64,000 nucleotides of DNA from an uncultured Methanosarcinales archaeon (GCA_964561995.1 CAZLQZ010000006.1:8789-72788); one strand, 5' to 3'. Shown: positions 38,130-47,266, numbered from the stretch's first letter. Notes: generated by a model not told the origin, from the sequence alone. Made by a program: numbers and translations.

Positions 38130-38810
38130 ATGAAAGAGAATCTGCATTTGGCAATGATTATGGATGGAAATAGGAGATGGGCAGTAAAAAATGGGTTGCC
38201 TAAGTTGGAAGGACACAAAAAAGGTGCTGAAAATCTAAGAAATGTTATCAAGTGGTGTGAGCAGCTTAAAGTTAGAGCTTTAACATTATATGCAATGTCT
38301 ACTGAGAATTTTAACAGAACAGAAATTGAAAAACAAGCTTTGTTTATGTTATTCAAAAAATGTTTTAAAGAAATATTGGAAAGTGATGAAGTTAAAGAAA
38401 AGAAAATAAAAATAAAATTTCTAGGAAATTTGTCAATGTTTCCAAAAGATTTACAAGAACTAATGAATCAAGTCGAAAAAGTTACTAATGATAATGATGG
38501 TTTTAGATTAAATTTTTGTATGGCTTATGGTGGAAGACAAGAAATATTAAATGCAGTAAATAAAGCAATTAAAGCAGGAAAAGAATTAACTGAAGAAGAA
38601 TTTGAAAATAATTTGTATATGAAGGACTCTCCTGAAATTGTTATTAGGACTGGTGGAAAAGAAGCTATGAGAACGTCTAATTTTTTACCTTGGCAAACTG
38701 CATATTCTGAATGGTTTTTTTTAAAAACCTATTGGCCAGCATTAACTAAAGAAGAACTTGTTCAAATAATTGATGAATTTGAAAGCAGAAAAAGGAATTT
38801 TGGTAAATAG
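38130..38810 (+). CDS. uppS: cis-Prenyltransferase (undecaprenyl diphosphate synthase family)
   Basis: HLAMIMDGNRRWA, TLYAMSTENFNR, IRTGG...SNFLPWQ..YSEW. Confidence 0.9.
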   Translation: MKENLHLAMIMDGNRRWAVKNGLPKLEGHKKGAENLRNVIKWCEQLKVRALTLYAMSTENFNRTEIEKQALFMLFKKCFKEILESDEVKEKKIKIKFLGNLSMFPKDLQELMNQVEKVTNDNDGFRLNFCMAYGGRQEILNAVNKAIKAGKELTEEEFENNLYMKDSPEIVIRTGGKEAMRTSNFLPWQTAYSEWFFLKTYWPALTKEELVQIIDEFESRKRNFGK

Positions 38811-38927
38811 ACGTGAGTTTCGGTTTTTATGAAATATTTCCGATTTTTATTTGATTTTTTAAATTAATTCTAATTTATTCGTAATATTTCTAATATTTAT
38901 TGTATTTCTTTCGGTTTTTTTTTAAAA

Positions 38928-39401
38928 ATGCCTTTTAAAGGTAAAACCTTAATTTATTTTATGAAAATTAGAAATCATAAAGTCGAAAAACCAGGTAGGG
39001 TTGTTGCTTGCTTAGCACTAGGAATTGGTTGTTATTTTGGTGTTATTAAAGCTTCAAGTTATTTTAAAAAACCCGAAGTTGAGAAAAAACAAGAAATAGT
39101 ACAAATTGAAGACTCAAAAAAAAATAATGAACCCTATTTTAAAAAAGAACAAACTCCAGATGATCTTGTTTATCTTATTAAAACTGAATATAACACTTTG
39201 CCGGTAAACGAAAAAAAGAAAGTTTTAGATTATTTTTTTAGTGATATGCTTGAGCATAAGTGTGAATCGTTTTCTTTTAAAGTTAAGAATTCAATAAGTT
39301 ATATTTTTTCAAGACTTGAAGAAAAACTGGAGAAATTTGATTATGAAAGTATTCAAGATAATTATTCAAGATTAGAAGATTTTATTGGAGGTGCAAAATG
39401 A
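38928..39401 (+). CDS. Membrane-anchored hypothetical protein (orphan operon gene 1)
   Basis: One TM helix (VVACLALGIGCYFGVI). The start may be the ATG at 38961. The stop overlaps the next start (ATGA). Confidence 0.4.
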   Translation: MPFKGKTLIYFMKIRNHKVEKPGRVVACLALGIGCYFGVIKASSYFKKPEVEKKQEIVQIEDSKKNNEPYFKKEQTPDDLVYLIKTEYNTLPVNEKKKVLDYFFSDMLEHKCESFSFKVKNSISYIFSRLEEKLEKFDYESIQDNYSRLEDFIGGAK

Positions 39402-39661
39402 AAAAAATAATTAAAGCAGCAGGAAGTATGGCTGTAATGAGTAGTTTATTATGTGGTGCAATGTATGCTGTGGACCATTTTTTACCTGCAGCTTACCAAG
39501 TAGAAACAAGAAGAGAAGCAAAAGTAATTTACAATAAAAATGGTGATGTATTTGTTCATTCAGATCCGGAGAATATGCTTCGTTATTTGATTCGAGAAGA
39601 TTCTCATCAATTAAGGTATGCATTATCTAATTTAGAATCTTCTTTAAGGGGTGAAAAATGA
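39398..39661 (+). CDS. Small membrane-anchored hypothetical protein (orphan operon gene 2)
   Basis: 87 aa, N-terminal TM helix, ATGA overlaps on both sides. Confidence 0.4.
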   Translation: MKKIIKAAGSMAVMSSLLCGAMYAVDHFLPAAYQVETRREAKVIYNKNGDVFVHSDPENMLRYLIREDSHQLRYALSNLESSLRGEK

Positions 39662-40617
39662 CTTTGGATTATGAAAAAATAGATTCTTTGATTACAACAA
39701 ATACGTCTTACGGTAATGGAAGGCTTCCTTCATTATCTAATTCGTCTGCCTTAGTTGTAAATTTTCAAAATGTTAAAACAATTATTGAAAATAATTATCA
39801 TGCATTGCAAGAAAAAAATCCAGTAAGATATTCAAAAGGTGTAAAGGTTGTTGAAAAGGAAATAGAAGTTCCAAGAGGAGGAAGAGTTGGAGCATTTTTT
39901 GGTTGGACTACCACCGTTACAGAAGAAAATGCAGAAGAATATATTCATGAAAAGGATTTACAAGAATCTATGGATGTTGTTGTTCAAAATGTTAAATCTG
40001 TTTCAGCTTCTCTTCAAATTGCTGCAAAATCTTTGAGAGAAGAAGTAAAGGTTAGAGATAAAGTAATTACATCAATGGAAGGTACGGGTTCAACATATAA
40101 TCATCTTTTCACTGATTTGAGTAAAGATTATGATGGGAATGTTGAAGAGTTATCAAATTCTTGTAAGCAGTTAGATGCAATTGAAGATTATTTAGGGAGT
40201 AATGACCATAATCAGGTCGATTTTGCAGAAAATTTAGACAGAAAGGATGGTTTAGAAGCAAAGATTCAAAGATGTAAACAAAATAGTGATTTAATTATTC
40301 AAAGAAAAAATGATGTTAGTACTTTAAAGGGTAATAATCAAACAGCATTATTAAATTATATTGATGTTAATAGATCTTTAATGATTTATGTTCAATTAGC
40401 AGAAGCTACAAGTGAATATGTTGCTCAAAATATTAGGGATGGAGAAATGTCTAGTAAATCTTATTTTTTATTGAGTAATTTATTTTTAGAGTTTGCTGAT
40501 ACAAGTAAGCAAATGATAACTTTAAATAATTTTGGTGCTGAAGTACAAACTAAGTTAAGGGATTTATTGTCTTTATGCACAGGAGGTAATAAAAAACAAT
40601 TAACTACTGCTCAATAG
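39658..40617 (+). CDS. Helical hypothetical protein (orphan operon gene 3)
   Basis: 319 aa, heptad-like charged helices; no motif recognised. Confidence 0.45.
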   Translation: MTLDYEKIDSLITTNTSYGNGRLPSLSNSSALVVNFQNVKTIIENNYHALQEKNPVRYSKGVKVVEKEIEVPRGGRVGAFFGWTTTVTEENAEEYIHEKDLQESMDVVVQNVKSVSASLQIAAKSLREEVKVRDKVITSMEGTGSTYNHLFTDLSKDYDGNVEELSNSCKQLDAIEDYLGSNDHNQVDFAENLDRKDGLEAKIQRCKQNSDLIIQRKNDVSTLKGNNQTALLNYIDVNRSLMIYVQLAEATSEYVAQNIRDGEMSSKSYFLLSNLFLEFADTSKQMITLNNFGAEVQTKLRDLLSLCTGGNKKQLTTAQ

Positions 40618-40652
40618 AAATGTTTATAAAATAGTTTTTATTCTTTTTAATT

Positions 40653-41216
40653 ATGGGAGAAAACAATTTTACATACGGATTTAGCTTTTTATCATTTATT
40701 TTAACTTTTATTTATATAACTATTGGACTAATGAGAAATTCAATTCAAACATTAGATTTAGCTTTATTTTCATTATTTATCATTTTATCAATGCTTGCTT
40801 TGATAAATTGTAAAAATAAGTTTGGTTGGTTTTTATCAACTATTTTATTCGCATTTTTAATAAGTTATATGACTTTAATGTTTATTAATGGAGAAACACT
40901 TATTAGATTTATTTTAATAGTATTAAATGTTTTAGCTTTTTTATTCTCTGTTTTAGCTGTTGGAAGAATTAATAACAGTGGAAAAAATCATAAACTTGAT
41001 GAAACTGTTTTATTAAAAAAAGAATTGGCTGAATTGGCAGAAGAAAGAAAAGCTGCTGAGCAAGAATTTTCAAACATGATTGAAAACGAAGAAGATAAAG
41101 TAGAAGAAAAAGAAATCCAAAATTTAGATAATAAGCCTAAAAAAACTGTAAAAAAAACTACAAAAAAGAAAACTGCAAAGAAAACATCAACTAAAAAAGT
41201 TCTAAAAAATAATTAA
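40653..41216 (+). CDS. Four-TM membrane protein with coiled-coil and lysine-rich tail
   Basis: Four hydrophobic helices, then LKKELAELAEERKAAEQE and KKTVKKTTKKKTAKKTSTKK. Confidence 0.45.
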   Translation: MGENNFTYGFSFLSFILTFIYITIGLMRNSIQTLDLALFSLFIILSMLALINCKNKFGWFLSTILFAFLISYMTLMFINGETLIRFILIVLNVLAFLFSVLAVGRINNSGKNHKLDETVLLKKELAELAEERKAAEQEFSNMIENEEDKVEEKEIQNLDNKPKKTVKKTTKKKTAKKTSTKKVLKNN

Positions 41217-41322
41217 GAATGTATATAAGTAATTAATAATTAAATAAATAAATTAATAAAATAGTTCTTAGATATGATTCATATTGATTAGTTTATTATT
41301 ATATTCTTTGGTTTTTTAATTT

Positions 41323-42333
41323 ATGAACTGTGTTAAAAATATAATGAATTCTGGAGTTTTAGCATTTGCTTTAGCAAATCCTTTAATCTCAGTAAAAGCT
41401 CAAGATTCTCCCATTATATTAGAACAAAGAGTTATGTTTGATGATTCTAAAACTGGAGTTGAATCTGAAACTTTAATTAAAACAGATGATTCAATAACTA
41501 TTATTGATCAAAAAGGTGATAGCAACAGGTTAGGTTATGAAAATAAATTAGGAGATAATCTAAAATTAAACATTGGATATTCAAATGTTGATAAAATTGA
41601 ATCTAAAAGAATAAATGGTACAATTGATGTTGGTTTATCTTCAATAAATGCTGGTTATCATGAAAAAGAACAAGAAGATTTTTGGGAATTGTATTCTGTT
41701 AATAATCTACAAAATTTCGATTTAGAAATGGGAATTAATTCATTAGACCATTTAGCTTTTATTGCAAAGTATTACCTTGAAAAAAATTCAGTAGGTTTGG
41801 CGGGAATTGCATCTGATGATGATTTTTATAGATTAGGTGTTGCTTGTGCTCATAGTGGAAAAATGGGATTGTTTTCTTACGCAGTAATGGGAAAAAATGA
41901 AGATGGTTCTAGTTATCATGAATTAAGATTAAGGGGTGGACCTGGTGGCAAAACACGAAAGGAATCAATTGGATTTTTTAGTGTTGAAGAAGGATGTTTG
42001 TTCGATGAAAACTTGGTTGAAAGTTTAACAGATCCTTATTTTAAAGGAATTACTAGTACAATTACTAATTTTCCTGCGTCAATAAGAGGCAGTCCTTGGG
42101 GATTTGATTCAAAGTATAAAAATTATGTTTTTTCATTAAATGTTGCAGTATCAAAAGGTCCATTAACAATAATTCCGGGAGTATTTTATAATGTTAAAAC
42201 TGGTGATTTGTGTGAAAGATTAGAAGGTCATTTAGATTTACCAAATGGATTTTATGTATTAGGACAAGTAGATAATAATAAAGATTCAGATATTACACAA
42301 ACTTATTTATTTGGTTGGAGGGGAGATTTTTAA
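41323..42333 (+). CDS. Secreted beta-rich protein ending in a terminal Phe
   Basis: Signal peptide ...ALANPLISVKAQD, alternating hydrophobic/polar stretches, C-terminus TYLFGWRGDF. Confidence 0.45.
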   Translation: MNCVKNIMNSGVLAFALANPLISVKAQDSPIILEQRVMFDDSKTGVESETLIKTDDSITIIDQKGDSNRLGYENKLGDNLKLNIGYSNVDKIESKRINGTIDVGLSSINAGYHEKEQEDFWELYSVNNLQNFDLEMGINSLDHLAFIAKYYLEKNSVGLAGIASDDDFYRLGVACAHSGKMGLFSYAVMGKNEDGSSYHELRLRGGPGGKTRKESIGFFSVEEGCLFDENLVESLTDPYFKGITSTITNFPASIRGSPWGFDSKYKNYVFSLNVAVSKGPLTIIPGVFYNVKTGDLCERLEGHLDLPNGFYVLGQVDNNKDSDITQTYLFGWRGDF

Positions 42334-42334
42334 A

Positions 42335-43018
42335 ATGAGTTTAGAAAGTGATTATATGAAATACATTAATAAAACTCAAGAAGAAAAGTTTCCTTATTTT
42401 CTTGATTCTAAAGATACTTTTGGTTTTAAAATTAAAGTTAATAAAGAAGTTTTTTCTTTAAAATATTCTTTTTCATGGTCTTTTATTACTCCATTACTTT
42501 CAGATGTAAAAGGGGAAAAAAGAGTTTTAGAAATCGGTTCTGGTTGTGGGATTAGTTCTTTATATATGTCCAGATATGCAAAATCTGTTTTAGCAGTAGA
42601 TATTAATGAAGCTGCTGTTAAAAATACTAAAGAAAATGCCGAATTGAATGGTGTAAAAAACCTTGAAGTTTTGGTGAGTGATGTTTTTTCAAATGTGGAA
42701 GGAAAATTTGATACTATTTATTGGAATTTTCCTTGGATTTTTGTTTCAGAAGATATGGAGGTAACACCTTTAGAAAGGGCTTATTTTGATCCAGGTTATA
42801 AGTGTATAAATCGTTTATTAAAAGAAGGAAAAAATCATTTAGAAAAAGATGGAAGAATATTGTTGGCCATAGGTTATAACACTTCTAATCTTGAGTTATT
42901 TCAAATATTAGTTGAAGAATCAGGTTATAAAACTAGAGAAGTTTTAAGAAAGCGATTTGTTCCGCCTAATGACTGGTTTTTACTCCCTTATGATCTTGCT
43001 TTATTAGAATTAAAATAA
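42335..43018 (+). CDS. Class I SAM-dependent methyltransferase (HemK/PrmC-like small-domain type)
   Basis: VLEIGSGCGISS (motif I), DIN (motif II), IYWNFPW (NPPY-like motif IV). ATG at 42335 is preceded by GGAGGGGAG. Confidence 0.6.
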   Translation: MSLESDYMKYINKTQEEKFPYFLDSKDTFGFKIKVNKEVFSLKYSFSWSFITPLLSDVKGEKRVLEIGSGCGISSLYMSRYAKSVLAVDINEAAVKNTKENAELNGVKNLEVLVSDVFSNVEGKFDTIYWNFPWIFVSEDMEVTPLERAYFDPGYKCINRLLKEGKNHLEKDGRILLAIGYNTSNLELFQILVEESGYKTREVLRKRFVPPNDWFLLPYDLALLELK

Positions 43019-43031
43019 TTTTTAATTGAAA

Positions 43032-43472
43032 TTACTGTTTTTTACTAAAGTAATAAATTAACAAAACAACTCCAATAACTAAAGCAGAATCTGCAATGTT
43101 AAATGTAGGCCAGTGATAATTTTTTATAAATAAATCTAAAAAATCAATCACATATCCTCTAAAAATTCTATCTATTAAATTTCCAACGATTCCTGCAGTA
43201 ATTAATCCTGAAGCAAAAATAACATATTTTTCATCAGGTATTTTTTTGTAATATTTACAAATAAACCATAAAACCATTATTGAAACAACAATTAAAATAA
43301 TGTTATATCCTTGTAAAATTCCAAATCCTGCACCTGTATTTTTTACAAAGATTATAGAAAAAAAGGGTAATAAGTTTAAGGCTGGTTTGTAAATAACAAT
43401 CAAGGTTTTAGTAATGACATCCAAGCATAATGCAATAATAAAAGTAAGAAAAAAGATTCTGTTTTTTACCAT
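43032..43472 (-). CDS. lspA: Lipoprotein signal peptidase (signal peptidase II)
   Basis: NTGAGFG, AGIVGNLIDRIFRGYVIDFLD and FNIADSALVIG motifs in four TM segments, 146 aa. Confidence 0.85.
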   Translation of the reverse strand: MVKNRIFFLTFIIALCLDVITKTLIVIYKPALNLLPFFSIIFVKNTGAGFGILQGYNIILIVVSIMVLWFICKYYKKIPDEKYVIFASGLITAGIVGNLIDRIFRGYVIDFLDLFIKNYHWPTFNIADSALVIGVVLLIYYFSKKQ

Positions 43473-43864
43473 CTTCTTTCATTGTTAGAAATTTTTTGTT
43501 CTAAATTTGCAATTCTTTGATTAAGAACTTCAATCATATTTTTTAAACCGTCAATTTTTGCAATAACAACTTCCATTTTATCTCCTGATAATGGTGTGAC
43601 TGGTTGAGGAGGTTGAACAATTTGAGGTCTACTATTCATGTTTAAAGATGATGGTCTTTCCTGATCTAATGGTGGCATAGATGGTGTGTCTGGCATAGGA
43701 GGTAATCCCAATTCATTATCCATTGGCGCCATTGATGGTTCTGCAAATGCTTGTTCAGGTGGAGGAAATTTTCCTTCTCCATTGTCCGTGCCTAAGTTTG
43801 CTTGTTCATCAAAAGGAGGCATATCTTCATCTTTATCTCTTTTTTTTTTATTTAATCCAAACAT
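43466..43864 (-). CDS. Proline-rich protein with C-terminal coiled coil
   Basis: PPFDEQ...PPPEQAFAEPSMAPMD...PPMPDTPSMPPLD, then IDGLKNMIEVLNQRIANLEQKI. The stop overlaps the lspA start (ATGGTAA). Confidence 0.45.
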   Translation of the reverse strand: MFGLNKKKRDKDEDMPPFDEQANLGTDNGEGKFPPPEQAFAEPSMAPMDNELGLPPMPDTPSMPPLDQERPSSLNMNSRPQIVQPPQPVTPLSGDKMEVVIAKIDGLKNMIEVLNQRIANLEQKISNNERRW

Positions 43865-43956
43865 AAAAGAAATTTATCGTATAAATTCTATATAAATGTT
43901 TCTTTTTAAATCATTTAAAAGAAAACTTTATATAAAAATAATAAATGTAATTCTTT

Positions 43957-44496
43957 ATGATCCCAGTTGAAATATCTAATAGACATTTACACATATCAAA
44001 GGAAGATTATGAAAAATTATTTGATAAAGAATTAACTAAATTAAGAAACCTTTCTCAAGAGGGTGAATTTGCAGCTAATGAAACTGTTGAACTTAATGGA
44101 TTTAATGTAAGAATAATTGGTTCTTTTAGGGAATGTTCTCAATTGGAACTTTCAAAAACTGATGCAAGAATTATAAAGCTTAATTTGCCATTAAATTTAT
44201 CTGGTGATTTAACTAATGCTCCTTTGATTGAAGTTAAAACGAATAAAGGAACAGTAAGAATTCCTGCAATAATTGCAAAAAGACATTTACATTGTAATGA
44301 AAATAAAGCTAAAGAATTAGGATTAAAAAATAATGAAATCATTTCATTAAAAGTGATGGGTTTAAGACCAATTACCTTTCATGATGTTGTAGTAAGAGTA
44401 AAAAAAGATTTTAATTTAGTATTTCATTTGGATACTGATGAAGGAAATGCTGCTGGAGTTAATAAAAATACTGAAGCTTTTTTAGTGGAGAAGTAA
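43957..44496 (+). CDS. pduL: PduL-type phosphate acyltransferase
   Basis: Two PduL half-domains: VEISNRHLHISKEDYEKLF and IIAKRHLHCNENKAKELG, plus HLDTDEGNAAGV. Confidence 0.85.
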   Translation: MIPVEISNRHLHISKEDYEKLFDKELTKLRNLSQEGEFAANETVELNGFNVRIIGSFRECSQLELSKTDARIIKLNLPLNLSGDLTNAPLIEVKTNKGTVRIPAIIAKRHLHCNENKAKELGLKNNEIISLKVMGLRPITFHDVVVRVKKDFNLVFHLDTDEGNAAGVNKNTEAFLVEK

Positions 44497-45003
44497 TGTT
44501 CTTGTTGCAGATATAACAAAACCCTTTCCTATTTTTCTTCTTAACATTTTAGCTGTTTTTTCAACATTATAATTGGTTGTTTCTGGTTTTGCGTGTCTGT
44601 TTTTTGTTTGTTTAACTGCTAGATTTATGAGTAAATCATGATTAGGTCTAATATTTAAAAAGTCTAAAATTTTTTTTAGTTGGTTATCTCTTATAAATGT
44701 GGGTAGTTCTTTTATTTTATTTTGGTTTTTTATAATTAATTCTTCTTTTTTAACTTTAATACTTAATCCTTTTTTAAATCTATGAATAAAGTATTCTTTT
44801 TCTAATTCTAAAACATTATTAAAATCTTCATCATTATAATCATAGTTTCTTTCTCCGTCGTTAATTATGAACTCTTTCCATCCTAATTTTAGAATTATTG
44901 AAATATTGCATCTTTTTCCAGATTTAGTGTCTTCTTCTTTAATGAGGAATTTTACTTTTAATTTTTCTCTTGCGCATTCAAAAATAAAATCTTTTATGTT
45001 CAT
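44482..45003 (-). CDS. Hypothetical protein
   Basis: 173-aa ORF; basic C-terminus; no motif recognised. Confidence 0.35.
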   Translation of the reverse strand: MNIKDFIFECAREKLKVKFLIKEEDTKSGKRCNISIILKLGWKEFIINDGERNYDYNDEDFNNVLELEKEYFIHRFKKGLSIKVKKEELIIKNQNKIKELPTFIRDNQLKKILDFLNIRPNHDLLINLAVKQTKNRHAKPETTNYNVEKTAKMLRRKIGKGFVISATRTLLLH

Positions 45004-45034
45004 AATTTAATTAAGAAATTAATAATATTTAAAT

Positions 45035-45841
45035 TTAGTTATCTAAAATAATATTTTCTAGTTCATAAGGGTCATATTGGTCTCTTTGATCTTCTGGAAT
45101 GTTAAACATTTCATACATTCTATTTGCCCATTCTGCTTTTTCTTGTTTTTCTCTAAATTCTTTTATTGCTTCTCTATCGGATTCTGTGGAAGTTGGTTTA
45201 AATGTCGTTAAATAAACTGCTCTACTTTGATTTGAAACTCTTTTAAATCCTGAAGATTGTTTAACTAATTTTCCAGGTGGTAGTTCTTGTGCAATTTTAT
45301 AGTCAATTGATATGCCGTTTTTAGAGTGGTATCCTTGATTAGTATCTACCTCTAGATGTGAATAGTCTAATTCAACATTTTGCATGTCATAGGATCTAAC
45401 AGATTCTGGTAATCTTGCGGTTTGAGGTTGATAATAAACTAATGGGGTTAAAGGAAAAAAATCTAACATTTTTTTTTCAAGTCCTCTTAAATGAATCATC
45501 CTATCAATTTCTTTTTTAGAATATTTTTTTAAACTTTTATCATCTCTGGCTTTGCCGCTACTTCCCAATCTAACCATAAAATCTTTATCGTTCTTGTAAA
45601 AAACCGTGCATAAAAATGCATTTGAATTTTGACTTATTTTTTCAACAAGATTATTAAAATTAGAAATTTTTCTTTTATGGTGATTAAAAACAATATAAAC
45701 CTCTGCTGGATTTTCTACATTGATTCTTTGAGCAACATATATTGTGTTGTCTACGCATGGATTAACATTATATCTTCCAGAAATAACTAAACAATCTTCA
45801 ATAAAATTTTGCATAGCTTGTTTTTCAGATTTTTTAATCAT
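45035..45841 (-). CDS. Hypothetical protein
   Basis: 268-aa ORF; no motif recognised. Confidence 0.4.
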   Translation of the reverse strand: MIKKSEKQAMQNFIEDCLVISGRYNVNPCVDNTIYVAQRINVENPAEVYIVFNHHKRKISNFNNLVEKISQNSNAFLCTVFYKNDKDFMVRLGSSGKARDDKSLKKYSKKEIDRMIHLRGLEKKMLDFFPLTPLVYYQPQTARLPESVRSYDMQNVELDYSHLEVDTNQGYHSKNGISIDYKIAQELPPGKLVKQSSGFKRVSNQSRAVYLTTFKPTSTESDREAIKEFREKQEKAEWANRMYEMFNIPEDQRDQYDPYELENIILDN

Positions 45842-45873
45842 TAAAAATAATAATTTAAAGAATTATATAAAGT

Positions 45874-46245
45874 TTATTTAACTAAAACGCCGCTTACTGA
45901 ACTTGATTGTCCGGGTCTAGACGTAATTTTAGCTTTACCTTTATCAGTTTCTACAATTGCTCCTTTAGTAAGAATGTTTTGTCTGATAAAGTTTCTATTA
46001 GCATTGTTATCAACAACAGTTTTAATTTTTGCTTTTACGTAAGATTTTCCATCAAAAAGATTTAAAGTGTCAGTTTTAACAGTTTTTTGTTTTATATTTC
46101 CACCAAGAACTCTTTCAATTCTATTTCTTACTTCGCCAATTATTGTCATAACTGGAACTCTACCTGTTTCACTTTTTCTTTTTTTTCTACTGGGTTTGTA
46201 TAAACCGCCAGAGACTTTTCTTTTTGATCTTTTTCTTGAAATCAT
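45874..46245 (-). CDS. rps8e: 30S ribosomal protein S8e
   Basis: ISRKRSKRKVSGGLYKPSRKKRKSETGR N-terminus and length (123 aa). TTTATAAA lies at 46268-46275. Confidence 0.85.
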   Translation of the reverse strand: MISRKRSKRKVSGGLYKPSRKKRKSETGRVPVMTIIGEVRNRIERVLGGNIKQKTVKTDTLNLFDGKSYVKAKIKTVVDNNANRNFIRQNILTKGAIVETDKGKAKITSRPGQSSSVSGVLVK

Positions 46246-46412
46246 ATTGTTTAAGAAATACAGTTAATTTATAAATCTTATTGTTTTCTTAATTTATAGG
46301 TTATATTTTTAATTATTTGGTTTAATTTAATCAAATAGGTGTATGTTTTAACCAAAAAATAATAACATTTAAAAAAGGATGTAGATTCAACATCATAAGA
46401 GGGAAATTTAAA

Positions 46413-46640
46413 ATGGAAACATCAAGACCACTAGATGCATTAAATAATGCAAGAAATAAGAGAGTAATTGTACAATTAAAGAATGGGAAAGTGTTTGTTG
46501 GAAAGTTAACTGCTTTTGATATACACATTAATACTGTTCTTGAAGACGCAGAAGAAAGAGAAAATGGAGAGACAAAGAGACAATTGGGTACTTTGTTCTT
46601 AAGAGGAGACACAATAATCTTCATTTCGCCGCAGGTATAA
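46413..46640 (+). CDS. Sm-like (LSm) archaeal protein
   Basis: [44 protein letters not shown] (Sm1) and [15 protein letters not shown] (Sm2). Confidence 0.9.
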   Translation: METSRPLDALNNARNKRVIVQLKNGKVFVGKLTAFDIHINTVLEDAEERENGETKRQLGTLFLRGDTIIFISPQV

Positions 46641-46641
46641 A

Positions 46642-46806
46642 ATGTCAAAAGGAACAGCTTCTATGGGGAAAAAATCTGGAAAGATGAATATGATTCATTG
46701 TAGAAGATGCGGCAATAGAACTTATCATGCTAGTAAGAAAGTATGTAGTTCATGTGGTTATGGAAGTTCTGCTAAGCTTAGAAGTTACGCTTGGCAAAAG
46801 AAATAA
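46642..46806 (+). CDS. rpl37e: 50S ribosomal protein L37e (not in the supplied ORF track)
   Basis: My translation: [54 protein letters not shown]. It has the CxxC...CxxC zinc ribbon, starts 2 nt after the LSm stop, and follows the conserved archaeal LSm-L37e gene order. Confidence 0.85.
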   Translation: MSKGTASMGKKSGKMNMIHCRRCGNRTYHASKKVCSSCGYGSSAKLRSYAWQKK

Positions 46807-46831
46807 TTGTTTTTTTTAAATTCTATTTTTC

Positions 46832-47266
46832 TTAATTTATTTTTTTTAATATTGGGTATGCTATAAATACTAAAAATGCTCCAGTAAAATTTATTAACAT
46901 ATCTGTTGGTTGAAAGCATCTGTAGGGTATGAGTGCTTGAATTATTTCTATGATTATACCGTAGCTGCCTGCAATGATTGCTGCTTTTAATAGGATCTTT
47001 TCTCTATTTTGCATTCTCATGTCAAATAGTCCCGATATAAACTTTTTATAATCTGTTGCAAAACCTTTTTCTAATTCTTTAAAGTAAATAACTAATGAAC
47101 ACGAGAGTATGAAGTATGCTGTAAGGTGAGCAAAGGTTCCAGAATTAATTAAACTCACCGGTCCAATTTCTATAGCTTTTGTTTTTAATGTGGAAAAAAT
47201 TAGTATTAATATTGCAAAAAGTATCGCTATACTTAAGGAAATTGTAATTTTTATTTTTTTTCTCAT
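46832..47266 (-). CDS. VanZ-like membrane protein
   Basis: Four TM helices; FAHLTAYFILS and PTDMLINFTGAFL resemble VanZ family motifs. Confidence 0.45.
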   Translation of the reverse strand: MRKKIKITISLSIAILFAILILIFSTLKTKAIEIGPVSLINSGTFAHLTAYFILSCSLVIYFKELEKGFATDYKKFISGLFDMRMQNREKILLKAAIIAGSYGIIIEIIQALIPYRCFQPTDMLINFTGAFLVFIAYPILKKIN

